A DNA stretch of 30,862 nt from a virus (Duplodnaviria; Caudoviricetes), in the IMG/VR virus record IMGVR_UViG_3300034066_001046, positions 1-30,862 of that record; one strand, written 5' to 3'. Positions 18,811-27,170 of this stretch are shown here, one piece after another (the stretch's first letter is position 1; each line of letters begins with the position of its first letter). Both the position numbers and the translations under genes were made by a program. Under the pieces are notes generated by a model. That model was not told where the DNA came from. It saw only the letters and a program-made list of their open reading frames with translations, and ran no database searches.

Positions 18811-19092
18811 ATGCCAGACATCGAGCTTTCCAGCAATCGCCGACGCATCGTCCTCGACTGGACGCTCGCGCTCGCGGTGGTCGCGTGCATTATGGCGTTT
18901 GCCGATCTGCGAGCGACGGTCACCGCGCAGACGAAGGCGTTCGAGGCCGTCACGAAGCGCCTGGATGATATCGAAACGCGCGCCACGGCCGCGCCGGCGA
19001 ATGCGGCGACGAAAGGCGACATCTCGCGCCTCGAAGGCCGGATCGATCAGCTCGTCTCTTTGATGCTCACCCAACGTCCAGCCGGGAGGTGA
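18811..19092 (+). CDS. Membrane-anchored coiled-coil protein of the lysis cassette
   Basis: 93 aa; one hydrophobic helix (WTLALAVVACIMAF), then heptads (RLDDIE...ISRLEGRIDQL). No SD, probably leaderless. Confidence 0.7.
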   Translation: MPDIELSSNRRRIVLDWTLALAVVACIMAFADLRATVTAQTKAFEAVTKRLDDIETRATAAPANAATKGDISRLEGRIDQLVSLMLTQRPAGR

Positions 19093-19316
19093 TCGTGTCT
19101 CTGCGAGGAAACAAGACCTACGCCGTCGCCCTACTCACGATCCTCGTCGGCGCGCTGGCGCAGACCGACTGGGGCCAGTTCCTCGAAGACCCGAAAACCG
19201 GCATCGGATTACTGGTCGGCGGTGTGCTGATGGGCATCATGCGTTACGTCACGCAGATCACGACGGTGAAGACGGCAGAACTTGCCGAGCCCCCGAAGAC
19301 GGCCGAGGCGCCGTAA
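19089..19316 (+). CDS. Holin-like protein, two TM helices
   Basis: LRGNKTY, two hydrophobic helices and a charged tail; directly upstream of the endolysin. The start may be GTG 19095 (SD GGGAGG at 19084). Confidence 0.72.
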   Translation: MIVSLRGNKTYAVALLTILVGALAQTDWGQFLEDPKTGIGLLVGGVLMGIMRYVTQITTVKTAELAEPPKTAEAP

Positions 19317-19317
19317 C

Positions 19318-19839
19318 GTGTCGGCCGAGTTGCTCCCCGCGCTCGCGCCGTGGGTGCCGGCGCGCACAGACGCGCGCGTGGCGGCCGTCGTGCGGCACGC
19401 CATTGCGCGCCTGGGGGTGTGCGAGATGCCGCTCGGCTCGAATCGCAGCGCCGTGATTGACGAGTGGGCGCGCGAAGCGGGCGCCGAGCTCGGGTCGTAT
19501 TGGTGTGCCAACTTCGCGACGAAGGTGTGGCGCGCGGCGGGCCTCGCGACGGCTGGCAAGGGGAAAGATCCCTCGTGTGACCTGCTGATGCAGTGGGCAC
19601 AGACCACGCAGCGGTGGAGCGCCACGCCGTCGCTCGGCGCGCTCGTGTTTTATGGGCCGACCGCGACCGACGCCACCCACGTCGCCATCGTCGTGCGCCT
19701 CTCGCCGGCGGTGCTGGTGGTCGGCGGCAACGAGCGGTGGGGCGCCGTGGCGTCGCGCAACGGCGTCGCCGTGCAGCTCCGCGCCGAAGCGCGGACCGAC
19801 ATCCTCGGGTACGCCGCCTGTCTCGCGGGGCCTCTGTGA
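19318..19839 (+). CDS. Endolysin, CHAP (cysteine/histidine amidohydrolase) domain
   Basis: 173 aa; GVCE.P.GSNR, YWCANF (catalytic Cys), THVAIV (His) and GGN motifs. Confidence 0.85.
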   Translation: MSAELLPALAPWVPARTDARVAAVVRHAIARLGVCEMPLGSNRSAVIDEWAREAGAELGSYWCANFATKVWRAAGLATAGKGKDPSCDLLMQWAQTTQRWSATPSLGALVFYGPTATDATHVAIVVRLSPAVLVVGGNERWGAVASRNGVAVQLRAEARTDILGYAACLAGPL

Positions 19840-19931
19840 AGCGGCTCGCGCTCACCGTCGTGGCGCTGCTGGTCACCTTCGGCGCCGCCTATCTGGTGCG
19901 CCTGTACTTCGTCCTGAAGAACCTCCGCTGA
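19836..19931 (+). CDS. 31-aa cationic membrane peptide
   Basis: MKRLALTVVALLVTFGAAYLVRLYFVLKNLR; GTGA and TGATG overlaps on both sides. Confidence 0.6.
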   Translation: MKRLALTVVALLVTFGAAYLVRLYFVLKNLR

Positions 19932-20152
19932 TGGCGACCCTGTCGACCTTCTCTTCGCGCGAGACACTGACGCTCGACGCGGTGTTCCCCGGGTGGCGCG
20001 CGATGCTTGGGCGCGTCGTCTGGGGCGCCTATGACGCGCTCGATCCCGAGATGCCCATCACGACGCTTCGGAAATGGGGGCTCTCGTTCACGGTGCGCGT
20101 GCGGCACACCCGACCGCTGCTCGTCGCGCTCGTCGGCGAGGCGGGCGCGTGA
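19931..20152 (+). CDS. Hypothetical protein (73 aa)
   Basis: Translationally coupled on both sides; amphipathic, Trp/Arg-rich. Confidence 0.6.
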   Translation: MATLSTFSSRETLTLDAVFPGWRAMLGRVVWGAYDALDPEMPITTLRKWGLSFTVRVRHTRPLLVALVGEAGA

Positions 20153-20931
20153 GGCGGGCGTCGGTGGTGGCGATGGCGCTCGCGACGGGCGGCGCGCTGG
20201 TGGTCGCCACGACCAGCCGCACCACGCCGGGCATCACGTTTTCAAACACGCTCACGAGGGCACGAGACGGGCGTGTCATCACAAGCACACTCGTGCCGAA
20301 AGCGTCATGGCGCGGCGGCCAGACGTGGACGATCACGATCCGGCACGACGCCGCGCCGGTCGAGTCGCTGACGTTCCGCACGCCGGGGATGGCGAAGTAC
20401 GCTTTTGCTGATTCCGTGTGGGCACCGTTTCCGCGCTGCGTGCCCTATCGCGTGACCGTCGTGCCCGACACGGCGCTCACCGCCACCGGCCGCGCGCTCG
20501 CGCGCCGGGACTCGCTCACGGCGTCTCGGTCGCTCTGTCGTCCTTTCACGCGCGCCGAGGCGGCGTTCGCCGACTCGTTCCCGGCGTCGGGCTGGCGGAT
20601 CACGTGGTGCGGAGGGTGGGCGCGCCGGCTCTCGATGGCGGCGCTCGACTCGCTGCTCATGGACCGACTGCGCGCCGCGCGCACCGCCGACGACAGCAGT
20701 CGGGCGAGCCGTGAGGTCCGCGCCGCGCGGGCACGGCCCGACTCGGTCCCGCTGCCGCCGGGCGCGTGGGGGCAGCGGGATACGCTCGTCGCGGAGGTCG
20801 GGTTCGTGTATCCGGTGGCGGTGCTCGGCAAGAACCGATATACCGGCACCGTCCGTTCGATCGAGGACACGCCGCCCTGCGCGGCGGAGCGCGCGGCCTA
20901 CGAAGCCTCGTCCGAGGGGCGCGCTCCGTGA
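20149..20931 (+). CDS. Exported or membrane-anchored protein (260 aa, four Cys)
   Basis: MRR plus hydrophobic N-terminus, then a beta-rich domain; GTGA overlaps at both ends. Confidence 0.62.
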   Translation: MRRASVVAMALATGGALVVATTSRTTPGITFSNTLTRARDGRVITSTLVPKASWRGGQTWTITIRHDAAPVESLTFRTPGMAKYAFADSVWAPFPRCVPYRVTVVPDTALTATGRALARRDSLTASRSLCRPFTRAEAAFADSFPASGWRITWCGGWARRLSMAALDSLLMDRLRAARTADDSSRASREVRAARARPDSVPLPPGAWGQRDTLVAEVGFVYPVAVLGKNRYTGTVRSIEDTPPCAAERAAYEASSEGRAP

Positions 20932-21620
20932 GCATCGTCGCCTACCTCCCGCAGATGAAGGCCGCGAAGCAGACCAGCGAGTCGGACGCGCGGGCCTACT
21001 GGGCGACCGGCGCTTGGCACCGCCTCGCCCCGCTCGTGCAGGGCTGGGCCGCCCTCGGCGTTCCGCTGACGCTCGGCCTCTCCGGCGACGACGTGGACGA
21101 CATCGTCGCGCACGTGCTGGTCCGCGCGTGGACGCAGCGCGAGGTCCCGTCGGCGCCGGCCGCGTGGTGCCGCACCGTCGCGCACCACCGTGCGCTCGAC
21201 ACGCTCAAGCGGCGCGAGACGGTGTCCCTGGACAAACACGAGCCGACGGCCGCCGTGCGCGACGTGGAGGGCGAGCTCCACTACCGGACCGAGGTCGGCC
21301 GCCTGCGGGTCGCGCTCCGGCGGCTCGCGGATCCGATCCGGCGCGTCGTCGTGCTGCACTGGCTGCACGGCCAGCCGCACCACCAGATCGCCGCGACACT
21401 CGGCATCACGGAGGGCGCGAGCAAGATGCGCGCGTCCCGTGGGCTGCGGATGCTGCGGCAAGTGTACGGCGACACGCCGTCGCCAGGCCTCACCGCGCGC
21501 GGGCTGCCACGCAAGCCAGCCGGCCGCCCGCCGCGCCCCCAGCCGTGGCACGCGCTCTGCCGACTCGCCGCACCACCGAACGAGCCCTCTTCCCCTCATC
21601 CCGTGCCGACCCATGTCTGA
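20928..21620 (+). CDS. ECF-type sigma-70 family RNA polymerase sigma factor
   Basis: Region 2 (DVDDIVAHVLVRAW...WCRTVAHHRALDTLKRR) and region 4 HTH (LRRLADPIRRVVVLHWLHGQPHHQIAATLGITEGASKMRASRG); ~50-aa Pro/Arg-rich tail. Confidence 0.88.
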   Translation: MSIVAYLPQMKAAKQTSESDARAYWATGAWHRLAPLVQGWAALGVPLTLGLSGDDVDDIVAHVLVRAWTQREVPSAPAAWCRTVAHHRALDTLKRRETVSLDKHEPTAAVRDVEGELHYRTEVGRLRVALRRLADPIRRVVVLHWLHGQPHHQIAATLGITEGASKMRASRGLRMLRQVYGDTPSPGLTARGLPRKPAGRPPRPQPWHALCRLAAPPNEPSSPHPVPTHV

Positions 21621-21822
21621 GACCACCACGACGCTCGCTGACCGTTTGCACGCGCTCACCGCGCGCCACGGCGGCCACTGGACCCGCCACAAGAGCCCGG
21701 CGGGTGACGTGATCCGCCTGCACCTCGACACCGGCGACGTGCTCGCCGGCGCTGGCCCCACGACCGCCGACGCCGTCGCGGCGCTGGAGGCGAAGGCCGC
21801 CACCCTCACCGCCGCGAGCTGA
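21613..21822 (+). CDS. Hypothetical protein (69 aa)
   Basis: ATG overlaps the sigma stop; alpha-beta-beta-beta-alpha-like pattern ending GAGPTTADAVAAL. Confidence 0.62.
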   Translation: MSETTTTLADRLHALTARHGGHWTRHKSPAGDVIRLHLDTGDVLAGAGPTTADAVAALEAKAATLTAAS

Positions 21823-21826
21823 CCTC

Positions 21827-22408
21827 ATGCGCATCCCCTACGCTCTCCGCAACCTGCGCCACCGGCTCCGCGGCCTGCCGCAGGAGGCCTATCGCGTCGC
21901 CCGGCTCAAGGTGGCCGCCGAGCTCTCGTTCGTGCACTTCACGGCGTGCGAACGTGGCGCGGATGGCGCTGTGCTGCTTGACGCGCTCGGCATCCCGCTC
22001 GCCTTCAATCGGCGCATCGACTACGGCGTCGTGTCGCGGCGGGTCGTCACCACCGCCGGCGTGAACTGGCTCGCGACAGCGTTCACGAACACGGTGGAGG
22101 CCGAGTCGCTCAACTGGCACGACGTCGGCACGGGCACGACGGCCGAAGCGATCGGGCAGACGGCGCTCGTGACGCCCTACGGCGGCAGCCGCGCAAGCGG
22201 CACGCAGTCGACGCCGGGCTCGACCAACATCTACCAGTCTCAAGCGACGATCACGTTTGCCGGCACGTTCGCGGTCACCGAGCACGGGCTGTTTACCGCG
22301 TCGACCGCCGGCACGCTGTGGGACCGATCCCTGTTCTCGGCGATCAACGTGGTGAGCGCGGACAGTCTCCAGGCCACGCACCAGACCACCTTCCCGTCGG
22401 GCGGATAA
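21827..22408 (+). CDS. Tail-collar-fibre-like structural subunit
   Basis: VVTTAG...VGTGTTAE..GQTAL...VTEHGLF...GTLWDRSLFSAINV..DSLQ pattern resembles the phage tail-collar fibre (DUF3751-like) beta sandwich. Confidence 0.6.
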   Translation: MRIPYALRNLRHRLRGLPQEAYRVARLKVAAELSFVHFTACERGADGAVLLDALGIPLAFNRRIDYGVVSRRVVTTAGVNWLATAFTNTVEAESLNWHDVGTGTTAEAIGQTALVTPYGGSRASGTQSTPGSTNIYQSQATITFAGTFAVTEHGLFTASTAGTLWDRSLFSAINVVSADSLQATHQTTFPSGG

Positions 22409-22437
22409 CCGATGCCCGTCCTTCACGGAGTAGACAC

Positions 22438-22866
22438 ATGGCGGTAAGCAAGTGGATCGCGGGCAGTCTTTCGACGGTGCTTGCATCAGAACTCAACTCG
22501 CTCGCCAACGACGCGGGCGTCGTGAGCGCCGCGCAACCGCAGACGGCGCTCGACACCTACGCCGACTTTGAGCTTGTCTGCACACATGGCACGGCCCCCG
22601 TCGCGGACAAAACGTGGGACCTGTACCTCGTGCGACAGCTCGACGGCACGAACTACGAGGATGCGAGCGCGTCGAGACCGCCGGCGAATGGATTCGCGGG
22701 TTCGTTCGTGTTGGATGCGGTCACGAGCGTCCAGCGTAAGGTGCTCCCCGGCATCCTGCTCCCGCCGTTCGCCTTCAAGCTCTTGCTCGTGAACAAGTCG
22801 GGACAGGCCGCGGCTGCGAGCGCGAACACGCTCAAGATGGAAACCTACAATATGCAGGTCATCTGA
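22438..22866 (+). CDS. Beta-sandwich virion protein (142 aa)
   Basis: SD GGAG at 22427; ELNSLAN, YADFEL, LDGTNYED and LPPFAFKLLLVNKSGQA motifs recurrent in phage fibre modules. Confidence 0.65.
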   Translation: MAVSKWIAGSLSTVLASELNSLANDAGVVSAAQPQTALDTYADFELVCTHGTAPVADKTWDLYLVRQLDGTNYEDASASRPPANGFAGSFVLDAVTSVQRKVLPGILLPPFAFKLLLVNKSGQAAAASANTLKMETYNMQVI

Positions 22867-23342
22867 TGCTCTACGTCATCGTGGACGCCCTCACGGGGCG
22901 CCAGCAGCGTGTGAGTACGGACGCGCTGTCTGTCGCCAACGCGAACGAAGCGTTAGTGCAGGTTGCCGGACTCAATGCGGAGCCTTCGTCCGCAGAGAAG
23001 AAGTGGGACGCGGCCACGCGGACGTATGTCAACGTCCCGACGTACGCGGGCGGCACCTACGCGCGCACGAAGCTCTCCCGTCGCGAATTTCGCAAACGGC
23101 TCGGGTCTGCGTGTCGCGTGGCGATCAACGTGCGCCTGAACACGCCGGCCGAGAACGCCGGCGCCGCGCAGATCATCGCGCAGTTGCAGGACATGAAGGA
23201 TGAGCTGCTGTCGGTGAACGCGGTCGATGTCGAGCACCCGACAACCATCGCGGCGGTCAACGCGCTGATGGCGCTTGGTTATCTCTCCGCTGAACTCGGC
23301 GCTGCGGCGCTGGTCCCGGCCACTGTCCCGGAAGAAGCGTAA
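22866..23342 (+). CDS. Putative fibre assembly chaperone (paralog of 18048-18377)
   Basis: KWDAATRTY, then LSRREFRKRL...VDVEHPTT..AVNALMALGYLS. Confidence 0.62.
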   Translation: MLYVIVDALTGRQQRVSTDALSVANANEALVQVAGLNAEPSSAEKKWDAATRTYVNVPTYAGGTYARTKLSRREFRKRLGSACRVAINVRLNTPAENAGAAQIIAQLQDMKDELLSVNAVDVEHPTTIAAVNALMALGYLSAELGAAALVPATVPEEA

Positions 23343-23343
23343 C

Positions 23344-23466
23344 GTGCCGACGACAGCCACCGCTGCGGTGCTGGGCGTAATGCTCGGTGGCTGGCTCGTC
23401 GTCCTCGGCGTGTGGATCGTGGCGATGGCGTGGGCTGTGGACGACACACCGAAGGAGCAGCGCTAA
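23344..23466 (+). CDS. 40-aa single-pass membrane protein
   Basis: GTG just after the previous stop, TAATG overlap downstream; long hydrophobic stretch and a charged tail. Confidence 0.55.
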   Translation: MPTTATAAVLGVMLGGWLVVLGVWIVAMAWAVDDTPKEQR

Positions 23467-24074
23467 TGCCGGGAATCATCGTCGCGGCAAAAGTGTGGCG
23501 CTGGACGCCGTGGGAGCGGTTCGACTATGACGCGATCACTTACAGCCCGTATATGCAAATCGGCGGCATTGCGCCGTCGTATCGCGGCTCGCGCCTTAAC
23601 CCGTACACAGACGGCACGGCTCCCAACACCGCGCAAAACGGGCGTGTCTTAAAGGGCCAGCAGCACCCTGATTTTCAGCCTCCGTACCGCGACACCACCA
23701 ACACGGGCGGGGCTGACGGGACGGAAGGTGCGTTCCGGTTGGTAGACGTAAACAACAACCTGCCAAACGAGTTTACGAAGTGGACGCAGGAGTGGTTAGC
23801 CTTTCGGCAAACTGGTCGAGGGCGGCGCTTTCTTGAATGGGAGTGGCCGCGCTTGGTCAAAGCCGATGGGATGTGGCTTTCAACGGCAAACGACTGCGAA
23901 CAGTATCGCGGTCGTCGCCCGATCTCGTGGAACTTGGATGCGTTCCTCCCCGGCAAGGGGTGGCACCGCGTCTATTCAGCGCGCAACATCGCAGTACCCA
24001 CCACGAACGTGACATGGTACGGGCCGTTTGAGTTTCGGCAGATCAAGCCCGTTGACGGCGTGAGGGGACCGTGA
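23466..24074 (+). CDS. Discoidin/F5-8 type C (galactose-binding-like) domain protein
   Basis: EGAFRLVD.N...TKW, LSTAND...R.PISWNL...W pattern; lower GC than the flanks. Confidence 0.6.
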   Translation: MPGIIVAAKVWRWTPWERFDYDAITYSPYMQIGGIAPSYRGSRLNPYTDGTAPNTAQNGRVLKGQQHPDFQPPYRDTTNTGGADGTEGAFRLVDVNNNLPNEFTKWTQEWLAFRQTGRGRRFLEWEWPRLVKADGMWLSTANDCEQYRGRRPISWNLDAFLPGKGWHRVYSARNIAVPTTNVTWYGPFEFRQIKPVDGVRGP

Positions 24075-25099
24075 ACCGCCGACTATGGACGCCGACTCAA
24101 CTGCCGCGCACCTCGAATGTGTGGTGGTGGGATGCCTCTTTTGCGCCGTCGCTCACCTTCGGTTCTGGTGCAGCCGTGACGGGATGGCGCGATCGCCTAC
24201 GCGGAGCAGTACTGGCAACGGTAGGAACGGCTCCGGTCCTCGCGCACGACAGCCGTGGCGCTCGCATTGTGTTTGATGCGACGGGTGGCTTTGTGTCTGC
24301 AGCCTCCTCCGGTACGCTGACAGACTTGTATAGCATGACGGTGTGGGCGGTTGCCACCCTTAGCACAAGCGTGGGATCGACATTCTACAACCGCTTAGTG
24401 TCGTACTTCGGAGTGACCGGAGGAACCGACTACGCTACGGATGCCAGCTATATCCCAGTCCTCCTTTACAATGTCGCGGACGCCTTGCGGTCGTTCCGTA
24501 CAGGGGATCGGGCATTTGCGGCTCCTATCACTCGTGGCGTCCCGTTCCTCGCGTCAAGCCGATTGATCCAAGAGAGCCAGCAGACGTACGCCGTGTCAGT
24601 CAACGGGAAACGAGGAGCACCTGAGTCGCTGTCAAGCGCTGCCATGACAAGCGGAGGGCGGTTCGGTATTGGCACTCGCGGCGATGCGTTTGACAGTTTT
24701 GCAACGTCTGACCCATGGGTCGGTGACATTCGCGAAGTCATCATCTACTCGGGTCGCGTCACGCCGCAGCTAGAGCAACGCGTCGAGGGATACCTTGCCG
24801 CCAAGTGGAACATTGCGCTGGCCTCTGGTCACCCGTATGCCTTTGCGCCGCCGACTATCGGGCCGCGCATGAACGCGGCCGGCGTCGCTTTTCGGCGCCT
24901 CGTACCGAGCAGCACGACGAGTAACACCGGCTGGACACCGAGCAGCGGTACCGCGCACGCCGCGCTCGCCGCCGACGATGCGCTCTACGTTCGCGCCCTC
25001 ACCAACGGTGCCACGTTGCGCGTAGGGCTCGGACAAGGCGAAGAGCAAGCAGCGGGGTACCTCGCCACACCCAATCCACGCCTCCCTATCATTCGCTGA
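24071..25099 (+). CDS. LamG-like lectin domain protein with a C-terminal partial domain
   Basis: LWTPTQL...WWDAS...VTGWRD and GDIREVIIY...VEGYLAAKW...HPY..PP signature. Confidence 0.72.
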   Translation: MNRRLWTPTQLPRTSNVWWWDASFAPSLTFGSGAAVTGWRDRLRGAVLATVGTAPVLAHDSRGARIVFDATGGFVSAASSGTLTDLYSMTVWAVATLSTSVGSTFYNRLVSYFGVTGGTDYATDASYIPVLLYNVADALRSFRTGDRAFAAPITRGVPFLASSRLIQESQQTYAVSVNGKRGAPESLSSAAMTSGGRFGIGTRGDAFDSFATSDPWVGDIREVIIYSGRVTPQLEQRVEGYLAAKWNIALASGHPYAFAPPTIGPRMNAAGVAFRRLVPSSTTSNTGWTPSSGTAHAALAADDALYVRALTNGATLRVGLGQGEEQAAGYLATPNPRLPIIR

Positions 25100-25108
25100 G
25101 GTCTGCAT

Positions 25109-25549
25109 ATGAGCTACACAAACGTTCCGATCACGCCTGGAACCGGCGCGAACGTCGCAGCCGACAATATCGGCGGCAACTTGTTCCAGAGGATGAAGCC
25201 GGCCGTCGGCGTGGAAAACAGTGCGGTCGATGTGAGCGACGAAAACCCGATGCCGATGAAGGCGATCGGCGAGCTCATCGAAGCGATCGAAGCGCAGCGC
25301 ATGGCACTGCAGGCGCTCGTGCGCACGATCGGGCAGAGCTATCCCGACGTGGCGGGCCGCCTGCGCGTGGTGGTCGACTCGATCTCGGCGTCGCTGACGC
25401 TGGCGACGATCACGACGGTCGGCACCGTCACGACGGTGAGCACGCTGACCAACCAAACGCAGATCGGCGGTCTCGCCGCGACTGAGCAGATCCCCTCGCT
25501 GATGCGTCTCGGCGCAGACAGCGCACGCCGCAACATCTCCGTTACCTGA
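25109..25549 (+). CDS. Fibre-associated protein (coiled coil plus Thr-rich beta repeats)
   Basis: 146 aa; DVSDENPMP, ELIEAIEAQRMAL, TITTVGTVTTVSTLTNQ. Confidence 0.7.
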   Translation: MSYTNVPITPGTGANVAADNIGGNLFQRMKPAVGVENSAVDVSDENPMPMKAIGELIEAIEAQRMALQALVRTIGQSYPDVAGRLRVVVDSISASLTLATITTVGTVTTVSTLTNQTQIGGLAATEQIPSLMRLGADSARRNISVT

Positions 25550-25556
25550 GACGATC

Positions 25557-26999
25557 ATGGCTACGACGAACGGCAATCGCAAAGTGCTCGACCTCAAGCG
25601 GTGGGAGTTCTGTACGCCCGCCCCAACAGCGACCGTCGCGGGGGCGTTCATTGCGTCGTCGCGGCACTATCGCCAACAGCAGCTCTACGTCGCCAGCGCG
25701 ACGGTGCAGTACCTCTACAACGCGCTGGAAGATGCGTGGACGCAGATTCCGTCGGGCGCATTGGCGGGCACGTTCGCCGTGGGCGCGTGTGGCACGGCCA
25801 CCTCGGTCGGCCCCTCGGGCACGGCGACGGCGGGCACGACCTCGACCATCACCACGAACCTGACGCTGGCCCGCGATCTGCGCGGCTACAGCATCCACAT
25901 CACGGGTGGACCGAACGCTGGCGCGACACTGGCGATCTCGTCAAACACGGTCGGCACGAACGCGGTCATCACCGTCCCGGTACAGGCGTCGGCGTTCACC
26001 ACCTCGACCACGTATCGACTCCTCACGCCGCGCTGGTACGTCCTCAACGCCATCACGGCGTCTGGCACGACGACGGCGAACGTGTTCAAGTATTATGACT
26101 TTGCGCTGAATACGTGGGCCGCAGCCGAAACGGGCGCGACGGACGGTGTCGCCCCGGCGGCGGTGATCGGCACCGACTCCAAGTTGATCTCGACGCCGTC
26201 GTGGTTGGGGAGCGGGTATGTCGCCTTCGCCACTGGCACGGCCACGGCGGGCGGCGCATCGACGCTCACGAACAGCGCGAAGACGTGGACGACGAACCAG
26301 TGGACGAACTATCAGGTCCGCATCGTCTCGGGCACGGGCGCAGGGCAGATCCGCACGATTGCGAGCAACACTGGCACGGCGCTTACGACATCGACAGCGT
26401 GGGCGACGCAGCCCGATGCCACGAGCGTGTACAACATCGAAGGGAACGACGACTTCCTGTACTATCTGGGGTCGAACGCCGTGACGCTGTACCGCTACAG
26501 CATCTCGGCGGGCACATGGACGACGCTGTCGCCGACCGCCGCCCGTGCCGCTGCCCCGGCCGTGGGGATGTCGGCCCATTGGGTCTGGGAAGCGACCGAC
26601 GCCGCGTGGACAAACGAGTCGGCCATCCTGAACGGGCGGTACATCTACTCATTCCGTGGTGGCGCTGGCGGCCTTCTCGACCGCTACGACATCGCGCTCA
26701 ACACGTGGGCCAGCGCGCTGACGTACGCCCCCGCGACCGAAGTGTTCGGCACGGGCAGCAAGTACGTCTACCGCAACGACAGCATCTACGCGCAGAAGGA
26801 CGCCACGGGGCGCTGGCTCCGCTACAACGTCGTCACGAGCGAGCAGGACGGGTGGTCGACGATGACGTACACGCAAGGCGCGGCCATCGCGGGCGACACG
26901 GCGTTCGACGTGCATTATTCCGACGGGGCCACCGAGATCGATTACGTGTACATGGTCCTCAACACCAGCACCGTGATGCTGCGCGCGATGGTGATCTGA
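25557..26999 (+). CDS. Kelch-like beta-propeller protein with two inserted beta domains
   Basis: Blades ending YLYNALEDAWT, YYDFALNTWA, YRYSISAGTWT and RYDIALNTWA; two GTATAG-initiated inserts. Confidence 0.72.
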   Translation: MATTNGNRKVLDLKRWEFCTPAPTATVAGAFIASSRHYRQQQLYVASATVQYLYNALEDAWTQIPSGALAGTFAVGACGTATSVGPSGTATAGTTSTITTNLTLARDLRGYSIHITGGPNAGATLAISSNTVGTNAVITVPVQASAFTTSTTYRLLTPRWYVLNAITASGTTTANVFKYYDFALNTWAAAETGATDGVAPAAVIGTDSKLISTPSWLGSGYVAFATGTATAGGASTLTNSAKTWTTNQWTNYQVRIVSGTGAGQIRTIASNTGTALTTSTAWATQPDATSVYNIEGNDDFLYYLGSNAVTLYRYSISAGTWTTLSPTAARAAAPAVGMSAHWVWEATDAAWTNESAILNGRYIYSFRGGAGGLLDRYDIALNTWASALTYAPATEVFGTGSKYVYRNDSIYAQKDATGRWLRYNVVTSEQDGWSTMTYTQGAAIAGDTAFDVHYSDGATEIDYVYMVLNTSTVMLRAMVI

Positions 27000-27001
27000 C
27001 C

Positions 27002-27169
27002 ATGACGATCTCGCAGCTGGTCGAAATGGCGCGAAAGCGGCTCGTCCACTTGACGCAGCTTCGCGCCGCCGCGGAATCCCTCGGCGATGTGACGGCCGAG
27101 GCGACATTCGCCGCAGAGATTGGCGACACCGAGCTCACGCTCGCCTCGCTGCTGACGCTGTTGCCGTAG
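27002..27169 (+). CDS. Small helical-hairpin protein (55 aa)
   Basis: MTISQLVEMARKRL...GDV...EIGDTELTLASL; fills the gap exactly. Confidence 0.68.
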   Translation: MTISQLVEMARKRLVHLTQLRAAAESLGDVTAEATFAAEIGDTELTLASLLTLLP

Positions 27170-27170
27170 C

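Noticed and set aside
19089-19097. Lambda S-type dual-start holin/antiholin motif (GTG ATC GTG)
   Set aside because: The extra residues carry no positive charge, so this is more likely simple start ambiguity.
20149-20931. Anti-sigma factor for the adjacent ECF
   Set aside because: Only a few residues precede the hydrophobic segment, so there is no cytoplasmic anti-sigma domain or HxxxCxxC motif; it also lies upstream of the sigma gene.
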